Shown in pieces: positions 48,501 through 60,269 of a stretch of 64,000 nt of DNA. Below the pieces are notes generated by a model, which made no database searches, was not told the DNA's origin, and saw only the letters and a list, made by a program, of their open reading frames with translations. The DNA lies in contig NC_134030.1 of NCBI RefSeq assembly GCF_964204645.1, forward strand, positions 11,801,947-11,865,946, given 5' to 3'. Position numbers and translations under genes: made by a program. Numbering within the stretch: the first letter of the stretch is position 1; each line of letters begins with the position of its first letter. This DNA is from Tubulanus polymorphus (Eukaryota; Animalia; Nemertea).

Positions 48501-51500
48501 TCGCTTCCAGGCCGATTTCCATACAATTTTGACCATGTCCAGAGTTCATACTATTCTGAAGATAAACAGCTCATATATGTTCTTTTTACTATTGAAAGGT
48601 AAGAAAGATGTCAAAAATCAGTTATCACATTATAAACCTGCTGTCATGTAGTAACGTGGAATTGTTTCAGGAATGGTTTGCTAGGTGGAGCTGTGTGCGT
48701 TTACAACATGACTAGTTTAGATGCTACATTTAGCGGTCCATTTAAGTATCCCGGAGCACCAGGAATGCCGTGGCAAAGACACCGCAATAGTCATCCAGAG
48801 GGAGCCCAGGTCAGTGTTAAGACCAAGTGTTTTGTTGCCCTGCGCGTTAGACGTGATGTTCGTATGGCCCGACCAAAAACGTCGGACTAGGCCCGAGCCA
48901 AATTTTAGCACCAGACAAATGATTGCGTTTGAATTGCAACTGGCACCGGAAATGACTCACTTCACTTTGTTTGGGCATTGTTTAGTATCGAGTGATTGGT
49001 TTGCGTGTGACCGCGCTCTCTAATTAGGCACGGGCTATTAAGCGGGCTTGTTGCAAGGTTTGATGTAATTAATGTTTCGACTGATCTCACCACTGTCCCC
49101 GCGCGGTATAGCCAATAAGCCACAGCCGATGATGTACCAGCACAATAGAACTAGAGGGCCAAAAATCGAAGTAATAAGAATAAACTCTTAATTAATAACA
49201 ACTTTATTTTAAATTACATTGCATAAACGCAATGCATTGAAATTTTACCACGTTCGGTGGAATTGTTAGTGGTCGACGACAATATGGACTTCGCTAACGC
49301 GAAAATTGTTCAGTATTAACGTTTGTATGCTTGGCAGGTATTATTATCCTATAAGGTAAAACGTTTCTCGCGTATCTGATAAATTTCAGGTGTACCGTAA
49401 AACACGACTAATTTCGATTTCAGTGTGAAGCACGGCGTGTCCTGAATCGCTCTTTGCAAATGCAGCACATGTTGATTAACGCACAAAAGTACCAAATGAT
49501 GAATGAAGCTATTCAACCTACAAATCAGAGACCTGAACTCGTCATGGAACATGACAGGTAATAGATACATATCATATCGAGGAACGAGATCAAACCGAAG
49601 TTTTTGGTAGATACAAAAAAATATCATAGACAAGATTTATACGACATGATGATTTCACAATTGTTAACAAATGAATGATTATCATAGGATAACAAAAACA
49701 TTCGTTTAAGCGGAAATGGTTGAACATTCTGTGCCATCAGGATGGGCATTGGAAACTATTTAAAATACAATCACTTTATTAATTGTTTTTAGATATAGCA
49801 AAATCGTCGTTGATCACGTACATGCTAAACACCATCAGGTCGTTACTGTACTCTTCGCTGCTAGTCTCGGCGGAACAATCCGGAAGTATGTTAAATATCT
49901 CGACGAAGAGCAATTCTGTCTTGCTGAAGAAATCAATCTCACTCCTGATTATAAACCAAAAGTCATAACAAATATGATCATTTCCAAAGAAAAGGTAAGG
50001 ATATGAGTGGATACAGTGATAAGAAATAATTTGTTTATATAAGATAAGTGTTGAATTAATCAGATGGCCTAATTGAAATCTATCTACACCCATACGATAT
50101 TACAGGGAATGTTGTATGTTACTACCAATGATGAGGTGATGAAAGTACCAGTTCAACGCTGCCACAGGTGGAATACCAGAATGTACGATTTTTATTATGA
50201 TAATGCGAGGACGAATTTTGAGATCTGTTAAACTTACTTGCGTTTTTAAAGTATCGTCGGATTATTAGTTAAAACTGATCCATAATCCGGCCTCTGATAT
50301 TCATTACAAAATTTTCTGGAATCAATTATTGTATTCATTTGTTGTATTCAGTGCGTGCGAAAAGGCAATGGATCCATACTGTGGATGGGATAATGTAAAT
50401 AGGATATGTACACCACCGCCTAATGGACATACAGATTTACACTATTGGCATCAACCTATCTTACAATGCCCAACGCTGGACGAAGTTGGTACGTAGTAAT
50501 ATTTGTAATACAATGAGCTTGTTAATGATGATTGACTTAAATCTATTTCATTAAATTTGTCTAGTTCATGGTGGATGGGGACATTGGGCCCACTGGAATA
50601 TTTGTCATCAAAAAGGCCGTAGTCAATGTTTGTGCCGTGAAAGGACTTGTTCTAGTCCCACGCCAAGAAACGGAGGAAATGACTGTCCCGGTCATAGGAT
50701 AGAGGTGTCCAACTGTACAAGTAAGACTTCTAGGCCAGTAACCGTACAATTGTTTTGTATTGCAGCGGGGTAACCTCCACAGTAAGTGGAATTCACCAGA
50801 ATCTGATCACCAAAATGCGATGAATTGAAAAGTACACAACTAACGTTAAATTTTCCAAGGGTTTTCAATTGTGGGACATTTCCGCCGTTCTTCGGATATT
50901 GTAAACACAGTCATCTTAAAATCATATCAAATAATTCATCAGAACTTTTAGGTTGACAAGGCCCTATATTCTGATTAAGTACTTTTTGCTTCGCCATCGC
51001 TTACCATTTGAAAAAAAGACTTCAATGAGGTGGAGGTAATTAATTCTTCAATTGACTCCCGTGTGACTATTACTGTGATTTTACTTAAATTTTAGTCGAT
51101 GGTTCTTGGACCGATTGGTCATCGTGGTCAGCCTGCTCCCAAACTTGTGGTATATCACTTAGAACGAGGCAGAGAACTTGCAGCAGCCCAAAACCTGCCT
51201 TTGGCGGGAAGACATGTTTTGGAATTGCTAAAGATGAACAGCATTGTGCCCTAGCACCTTGTCCTGGTAAATACTCTTCATTGTGCCTTTACGTGAACAA
51301 TTTTTATGTGTTATATATGCAATATATATGCATGTGGATATAACTTCGTGAAATGATGTTTTCATTGTATAGTACCAACACCTGCTCCAATTCCTGGAGG
51401 TTGGTCTGCCTGGTCGGAATGGAAGAAATGTAGCAAACGCTGTGGAGGTGGTATACGATCTCGCAATAGAACATGTGACATGCCTACCCCGAAACACGGA

Positions 51501-54500
51501 GGAAAATACTGCCCTGGAAATAATATACAATGGGAAAACTGTAATACCGAATTGTGCCCAGGTAAAAAGCATACATTATATACAAAATGAACGCGTATCT
51601 AATTAGATAAATCTAAAACGTAAATATCAACCCGATGAAAAGCAAGATAGCCCACTGTCGGCCATCGTTGTTCGCCACAATCTGCATTTTATGCACATTT
51701 GAAGTTTTCAAGGGACAAAAATTTGATCTTAACCTTTTATGCTATGTATATGTATCCCCCTACGGCCAATCATGACAAATTAGATCGCTCGGAAGAAAGA
51801 TTGTGAGAACGCCTTGTGGCGTTTTATGCTAAAATGGCTATTTTCCTCTATAACATCGAAACTGGAGGTAACTTGGTATACGTTGAGAAAGGATCTTAAC
51901 CAACCGCCTTTTTGATGAGTCGATTCTTACGCAATCAGAGGTCATTTAGGGGAAAAGTTGTTTGAGGGAATATATGCATGAGTTCTATATGCCTATTTAT
52001 AGCCTTGATATCCGATAATTGTAATCACTGTCATATGACATCTCCAAACGTTAGAATCATAACATAGTCCCTATTTATGCCAACTAAATTTTTGAATGAA
52101 TTTTTGTAGAGCATAAGAAGATCACTCCATGGACGCAATGGTTACCATATAATATCACCGCAGAAGGGACGTACCATCAACGCTTCCGATATATATGCAA
52201 GGCAAACATTCCTGAAAGTAATATGCTATACATTAGTCACCCGCGATGGGAGTCGCGCTTCTGTGCAAAGGACGTCGATAATTGCAATGATAAGATTGAT
52301 GACAGTAAGTTTACACGCTTTCCGCGGCACGCGGCAATATCGAAGATGAAACACGATGGCTTGATTTTAAAACACAGGATTTTAATTACGGAAGCGTCGG
52401 GGACATCGTTTATAAAAAAAGAGAATTTTTTTCCAGTTGTATCTCAACATGAAATCGTTTACCATTGATAAAATGTTTTGCCGATATTTAGTCGAGTTAT
52501 TTTCTCGATATTCTCGAATTCTAAATCTAATTCAGACTTTGTATAATCTTTTTATTGTTTATTTCCCTGACTGACGCATTGCTGATTGACTACCAATCGG
52601 GTTATTCCGACTCATGTGATAAATCTAAGGCTGTTGTAACTCCTTAAGTGTATATGTTTTGTTGATAGTTTCCGTAGGTTTTGCTTCACCCATCTACAGT
52701 TTAAGCTAAAAATGATATCTTGTTTCTCCATTCTGCTGAGGTTAAAAGTTGACCCAACCGGACGTCTATCTATTACATTTATCTACATTTCTTTTTTTAA
52801 AGATAATATCAAGCTTACCTGGCAGTTATAGAAATAAACTATAATTACGAATATTAGTTTCAGTTTACAAAATGACCCGACCGATTAGGAGAAACAAGGT
52901 GTCATTGGATTTCAGCCTTACACTGATATATACGGAAAATAGGTGCAATACGCTCTCATAACACATAATCTTATAGAAGTTCAATAAATCTATCAACGAA
53001 CATCAATAATGTTAAATTCTGGCATTTTGCAGTGGTTGCGAATTTTGAAATGGTTTTTTTTCCAGCAAAACAAGCAGTTAATATTGATGGAAAATGGTCA
53101 GCTTGGTCGGTATGGACACCTTGTAACGTGATGTGTGGTGGTGGACTTATGTTTAGGGAACGTAGGTGCGCGAATCCCGAACCCAGTGGCAATGGAAAAG
53201 ATTGTGATGGTGCAAACGCCCAATCAAAAGTTTGTAATACGCATTCCTGTCAAGGTAAATTGTGAGCATTATGCTATTCGATATTATGGCACATAACACA
53301 AGTACATGTCACCGCCCATTTCCAGGTGTGTGGTCATGTTGGTCAGAGATGAGTTCATGTTCAGCGTCATGTGGAAGAGGTGTTCGATACAGAAGGAGAC
53401 AATGTCTTGGGAGTGTATCCGGCAAACAGTTTACCTTACCTTGCATAGGAAGTGATCATAGTGAAGAGGCTTGTTTGATGCCATCCTGCAACAATTTCAA
53501 TGCTGGTTGGCGCGAATGGACAGAATGGACTGCATGCGTCGATGGTCAACAACAAAGGCGTAGGCACTGCCACATACAAAATCCTATCAATAATGAATGC
53601 CTCGGTGATGGCATTCAATCAAGACAATGCGGTACGTTGTTCTTGTGGATCAAGTATAAAATATGGTAATATAGTCCCTCATTGCGGAAGCTTAAGACAA
53701 AATGAATGAGTGATTCGGTTTATAGTTCTGTATTTAAATTATAACGTCAGTAATCCCGACATTCCGACATACTGGCAATCCGACATACCCGACATTCGAC
53801 ATACCACGAACCAAGAACCTCTCTACAGGGGATTATTAGGAACCGAACGCCCCACGATCCCGGCATCCCTGTACAGGGGAATATTAGGAACCAAACACCC
53901 CACGATCCCAGTACCTATGTACAGGGGAATATTAGGAATCAAACGCCTCACGATCCCAGCACCTATGTACAGGAGAATATTAGGAACCAAACGCCCCATG
54001 ATCCCAGCCGGTGTGTCGGGGGTGGCGGTATGTCGGGAGTTCCGGTATGTCGGGAGTGCCGGTATGTCGGGAATGTTAAGATGGCAGATCTTTGGTCAGC
54101 ATTGTGCGTATCGATACGTCAGGTAAAAAGGCCATTGGACTACTTTTCCATATTTTATACTTGAGCCGTTCTTGTTTTGTCGATAGTTTACACTAAACTT
54201 CTAGTAGTTTATAGACTAATAACGAAAATGTCTCCTTATCTTAGGGGAAATCGACATTGGAATGGAAGAAGTGCAAGCCGAAGAAAAAGGCCCTTTCAAA
54301 ATTTTTCATTTAGTCATCGTAGGTATTATAGCCTTTGCACTGGGTGCTATATTATCGGTTTTGTTGTATATCTATATACAAAATATGCGGGAACATGCTC
54401 TAGAAAAGAAACATAATAGACTGAACGAGAAAATTGATCGCACGCAGCACCAGAATTTGTACTCAGTGGACCCTGCTTCACAAATGGGAATGAACTTGAC

Positions 54501-54636
54501 CAAAAAATATGTCAGTAATAATTCCCTGGCGTCCGTCCTTACAGGAACACTCCAAAAAGACAAAATGACCGTAAAAGAAGCTACTCTTCAGCGAAAAGGG
54601 TCAATGCGAACTAACCTATCACTGAATGACTTATGA
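42521..54636 (+). CDS. SEMA5: Semaphorin-5 family protein (signal peptide, Sema, PSI, ~7 TSP1 repeats, TM, cytoplasmic tail), ~1065 aa, 20 coding exons
   Basis: join(42521..42623,45533..45632,46027..46135,46256..46354,46584..46797,47390..47475,47561..47593,48432..48598,48671..48809,49424..49557,49793..49994,50106..50182,50352..50488,50565..50720,51096..51266,51373..51561,52110..52304,53066..53254,53326..53631,54245..54636) = 3198 nt, all GT-AG with consistent phases. Motifs CQNYIR, CGTFAFSPTC, GKCP, SRVARVCK, RLNCSLPG, DPYCGW and WS.WS.C repeats; TM segment LVIVGIIAFALGAILSVLLYIY. Confidence 0.95.
53752..54077. mobile_element. MITE with CCGACA-rich TIRs and 4-5 internal 42-bp tandem repeats
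   Basis: CCCGACATTCCGACA... / ...TGTCGGGA; unit GTACAGGGGAATATTAGGAACCAAACGCCCCACGATCCCAGC; lies in the last semaphorin intron. Confidence 0.7.
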
Positions 54637-55474
54637 TGTGTTTATGTTAGTGCCAGGATAGATGACGACGGCATTAATTTGTCAGAAAGTGTATGATACA
54701 AAGCTGCGAAAAGCGTTGATATGGAAAAAGTGATGCTCTACGGAATAATATTTAGGCGTGTAGAAAATTGGCAGTATGACGTTTAAGGCAAATTTGATAG
54801 TTTGTTTAAGTGACTCACTGAAACTAATGTTACTTACGTTTTAAATGGGTTGATGGCATTTATAAAAACTTGTGTCAAATTAACAATCAGTATCTAGTAC
54901 AATGTAAATATGGGGCATTAATATCATACGACCTGCCCATATCGAACACTTGTTTCATCTTGCGTGAAATGCATGAGACAAACCGTAACTCTTAGAAACA
55001 TTTACAGATCTCTCTATGCAAATTTACCGGATAAACGAAGTGCCGAAGTATTGCAAATATGGAGATAAAAAATTCTTTTTCACGAGGCTCTATTGGAACA
55101 AATGATTACAGCGTACGGTGTGCCTCACGAAATCCACCTAGACATTTCATGGCGTACTTTTTTATGCCAGGCATAGGGAGTACATAAACATGTGTAGTAG
55201 GCCATATATTTTCTTTCAGCTCTAGAAAGTATAATGTTTCTTCGAGAATATATTGTGTATATAAATGTATATATGTATTTTCTAATATTCTATTTGTACG
55301 TAACTTCAGTCGACTTCCATCTTATACAGAGAATGAAATATTTGTCGAGAATATTTAAGAAATATAATGTGCTAATGCATTTGTGTGAAATCCAATAGTA
55401 ATCTCCTTAGCTCGTGAACTAAAGAAACGTTAAAGTTGCGCAAATTACATTACACATTTACGTTTTTGAATGCC

Positions 55475-55480
55475 AATAAA
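55475..55480 (+). terminator. Candidate polyadenylation signal of semaphorin-5
   Basis: AATAAA ~840 nt after the stop codon, followed by T-rich sequence. Confidence 0.45.
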
Positions 55481-58400
55481 TCTTTTCTTAACTTTCCCGC
55501 ATGGAAACAAACACTGCAGAAATAATTTTGCAGAGTATAATCAAGAGTGTGGGTATGTTTGTGTTACTGTCATACCAAAAACCACTTTGGATAGAATATT
55601 TCATATTTTCCGCAATGGCCAGGCAGTTTAAACTGACTTGCTGCAGTCGCGGTGGGGAACATGTCAAGTCCTGTCATGGGTTAATTTGAGTGTACATATT
55701 TAACGTCGAAAGCATTATTGTTGCCTTCCTTTTGAAGAATAATGATTTTTAAAGTTTTGTTATAGATATCTTGTTGATTGTTAGAATTTATGAGTTGTGT
55801 GTTTTAATCTATGGCTAGATACATTAATGCCCACATGAGGATAATTTTTCAAGCGACCATGGTCGACGATCTTGAAAAATCGCCGATACCAATCACGTTT
55901 CAAAAACCACCTGTATCATTGCCCTTATCTCGTTAATGTACTCGACAAGCCACTTCTTCGAATATGGTTGAACTTTGGTGCGCTGGGTCCCAGGTAAAAA
56001 AGTCAAAACAATCTATATCGAATAAATATATTTATTTTTTATTTGGTCTTGTTTTGATGTCTTATCGATGAAAATAGCTAGGAATATTATTTCCCGTCAT
56101 GATCAAAATGTGCCGACATTGCACATGCAATGTTTTCAACAATCCTGTGTACCAGTACGAAAGAATTCATTGGCGATATCCAAGGCGAAGAAACATGATT
56201 TGAAACAGCATTTGATTTGAATACTTTGATTTGAATACTAAAGTTGTGGCCATAGAATATAAAACGTTTGTTTTGATGGGATCGTAGGAATAAGGCGCGT
56301 TCACACGACGACATTTCTTAGAACGGTCTAAATTTGAACCGGACCAAGTTTGCACATGCAAATAGTCCGTTCTATTGGTAGGGTCCATTTAAGACCGGTC
56401 TAATTTGGAGCGACCTAAAATACCGAACCCAGGCTAAATTAGACTAAATTTTTGCGTGTGTGTGTTTTCCAGAAATTGGTACCATGGCTGTTCCAAATCG
56501 TACTCAGCGGAACGAATTCAAATAAATTTTGTTACCAATTCGCGATGGGCTGAATTAGGCCCAACGTTTAGTTTGGAAGGGACTTTAATAATTTTGTTTT
56601 TGTTTAGTTTGTCGGTTGTAAGACTTACGTCCCGTTGTAATAATTTTTGCCACTATCATGATTCTATGCATATACGGCTCAGTATAAACAGGTCAACGTT
56701 AAGAACAAAATATGAGGTTGGTTATGCGGATGTTAACTAAGTTCAACGTTTAAAGTTGTCTTTCAAGCTGGCCGATAAAAACAGATTAGTCATTACGAAC
56801 GAATTGAATGATTGAATGACCGGCGAATAAAGGCAAAATCTATCGCAGCGCTCGCTACTTTAATAGGCCTGTCATTGACCTCTCCTCCGTATCTGCTCCA
56901 TCATTTATCAGTGGTAGGCAATTTATTGAAATAAATGTATCCCTGCTTAAACGGTCGAAACGCTAATTCAAACTGCCCTGCATTAATGCGCAGCAAAACC
57001 GATAATTGCCGGCGGTTGATCAGACTCCAAGCTTCGAAAGAGTGGTAAGGCCATTATTCCACCGTGATGCCTCATTTGAGATGCATTTACATAATGTTAA
57101 TACGGATTTTTAATGGTGTCATTTTATGCATTATTTTCCCCCTAACCAACCAGAAAACGCGAAATCAATTATTGCACATCGGGATATACATATCTTAATG
57201 ATAATGTTATTCAAAACAGTAGACTAGTACCGTGATAATATGTCATTAAGATAATCCATATTTGAGACATGTGTTTAACCTGTAATATGGTTAAGATACA
57301 GTTAACTGGAAGATAACCGCCCGTTCCCCTCTACTTATTTTCTCTCACCCCCAACTTCCCATTAATTTGAAAGCAGTTTACAAAGTACAAAATGGATAAG
57401 CAACCGGATCCGATGAGATTTCAAATAGATTCTTTAAAAGTCCGCACATTTCAACGAATTGTCGGCACAATATCTAGTCATGGAGATGTGCCTACATGGT
57501 GGAGCGAAAAATCCATTTCGACTTTCAGAAAATATGTAAAAAAATTTGGGGGAAAAATATTCGTGTTATTACGCTTTGTTTTTGAGTGCAGCACACACTG
57601 GAACACAAACCCAAAACAGTTTTGTACGTGAATACGGCAAAAACATGCAGTCGAAAAACATGTTTCCAACAGAAGAACTGTTTCATACAAGGTGGTCAAA
57701 ATAAGATGTACCGGTATATAGATTTTGTACCTTAAATTTCGATAAAGTATTTTGCTATCATGCATTTGCAAACTTTCAATCTAATCGATAGGTTGCCAAG
57801 ATCTGCCAAAATTGCAAAATTACGCACGATAAGCTTTTAAGCGATAATGCCGACTTCTTAATGCTAGTATCATGACGTTATCATTGGAAGAATTTTGCTG
57901 AACAGAATTGAATTGAATTTCATTGTAAGTTTGTAATTGCGATTAACTTCAACTGGATGTGAATGCACCGGATGAGAACATCAAAAAGTAAACATTTCCA
58001 TTTAGATTAACGGAATTGTAATAATTCTCTCGTTTGCTACCTTATAACGTACATAAAATTGGGTCAGGGTAAAACATGGCGTAGTTAAATTGGGATAACT
58101 CATCGGTGTAGTGAAATTTCCAAATATTGATATAAAATGGCAAGGAAAGACCCGAGTTATGACCTACTGACTGCATATTCACGTTTTCAAATGATATATT
58201 GTCACCGGTACCAAATAACAAGAAAAAACTAGAAGTGAATTTAGTCACAATGTGGGCTCTAACATACGTACATTTTTCGATTTTCGATTTTATTTTTTAT
58301 TTACATTTCAAAACGATAAAGAGACCGGACTATGTCGCGATTTCTCTGGGACCTTGTACATTAGAACGGCCCACCATTGTGTTGATGGCGGCAGGTTCTT

Positions 58401-58780
58401 GAAATTTGTTTTGCAATTTCAAGACGAAGTTACGAACTACCATGCGGAAAAATCATTTCACTTACAACGACTACGATTTGGACACATCAATCAAATAAGG
58501 GTACATTGCTTCCTATTCGGAATCATGATTGCAGTTAACCCGTTATCGCCACTTTGCAGCTATATTAAAAATGAGCGTTCTCTGTCACTTCCAGCTGCCC
58601 AGCTTAAATGTTACGAATGTATGTGGACATTTTATATGAACGTAATTCAGCGAGTCTATTCGTATAATCTCGACTTATTTAGAAATTGCATTGCAATTCA
58701 ATTTATACACACCCGGGTATCTGCATTTTCAACAAATAACGAGACGAGTAGCACTTTAAAGGTTAACTATTTATTTGACG

Positions 58781-58821
58781 CACGAGCTTTCGCTACTAAT
58801 GTGTAGAAGCTTCATCAGGTG
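58781..58821 (-). ncRNA. Minimal Penelope-type hammerhead ribozyme inside a 47-bp inverted repeat
   Basis: CAC-CTGATGA-AGCT..AGC-GAAA-GCTC-GTG; arms at 58734-58780 and 58829-58875. Confidence 0.7.
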
Positions 58822-59109
58822 AATGAGTCGTCAAATAAATAGTTAACCTTTAAAGTGCTACTCGTCTCGTTATTTATTCTAAACCCGGTTAACGCGGCTA
58901 CTCCACGAATCTTCTCATTGGTTTTTCAACATAATTTAATTTGTCATCAACCAAGAGCTATTGGTATCTTGTGCGTGTGTGATCCTAACGGGTAGAGTAT
59001 GACCTGTGGTACATCAATGAAGTGGAAATGAATCAGTATACTCGCTGAACAATTCTAAGGATGTTGGCGAATGTGCTACACTAGAACGACAGTCAAGTAG
59101 ATGGAAAAC

Positions 59110-59672
59110 ATCACTTGTCCTTCGATATCACCGACCATTATATTTAAGTACATCGTATATACGTCTATGGAATCGGCTCTTGGATCCTTATTGGCTTTGT
59201 CAACAACACACTGAATATCTTCGTGTGCCGAAAAGGAATCACTGATTTCCGTCAAACTTTTGATGTTCCTCGCATCCTGTGACCTGGTATTTCTGTTCGT
59301 TTGTTGCTTGTTTTTCGTCGTCAGAAATCTCAGATTCAGAGGTCAATATGGAGATTTTGTTTTTAGAGTTGCTGATCTTCAAATCGACCCCGAGCTGATA
59401 TATTATACGTCGATTCCGTGAGAACTAGTAGTCAACGTGCTAATAGAACGGTGACTGCGATTTTACTGATTTTTACTATTTGTGAAACCTTGCCATTTGT
59501 CGATCGAATGTTGTAGCAAACAATATATGCAGAAAACAACTATATAAGAAAAACCGGCTTGTTTCTTGTAGTAATGGATTCAGCATTGAATTTTTTCGTC
59601 TATATAGCGGTCAATTTCAAATTTAGACGGCAAGTTTTTGATCTTATCTTATGCAAGATTTGCGTAATTTGA
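59110..59672 (+). pseudogene. Intronless class A peptide-receptor-like GPCR pseudogene
   Basis: TM1 ..ILIGFVNNTLNIFV; TM2 KLLMFLASCDLVFLF; TM6 RTVTAILLIFTICETLP; TM7 VVMDSALNFFVYIAVNFKFRRQV; frameshifts, stops, TM3-5 largely missing. Confidence 0.7.
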
Positions 59673-60269
59673 TTATAGATTTTACAATGATAATTAAACG
59701 TCCTGGTATTCTAATTGAGCACATTTAATATCATTTATCAATTTAATAGTAATCAGGGCGTCGCATAGAGGTTATGCACGTGACGTCAGAGTAGTCATCA
59801 ATGATGCGTCAAGCGAAAGCTAACAGATATTAGAGGGTACCTGAGGGTCTGAAACATGGCTTTACCTGATACATGGCCCCGATCGTGCCTCTCCACTTCA
59901 TTATTCTATTAGACCAATAACCGGGCCGATACGCGCGGACTGTTGCAACCTTTTTCTTTTTTTTTTGAACTGATACTTCGTTAAATGAACTTATGTGGGT
60001 TCACATACAGATCCATCATACGAATTATTGCTCTAAATGAATAAAGTGTATCAATGGCACAGATCCTACAATCTTTGAGTTCTTTCACGGTTGATTTCAT
60101 TTTTGCTGTTAGGCTGAGTTTCATTTGAATAAATCTACAATACACTCTGATCTGTGATCTGAAGGCAGGAAACTGGGTTCGACTGCGGCCGGGTTTAAGA
60201 CGGCACCGCGTTATTATCATTTTTCTTCAAGGCGTCAATACACTTTCAAGTTAGTTTTTTTTTTGTACG

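Noticed and set aside
57392-57771. Coding-looking ORFs on both strands
   Set aside because: No recognisable domain or splice-consistent model
58252-58806. 184-aa ORF with TAHHCVDG resembling the trypsin TAAHC motif
   Set aside because: No DIAL or GDSGG motifs and no supporting exons found; the 3' part runs into the Penelope hairpin
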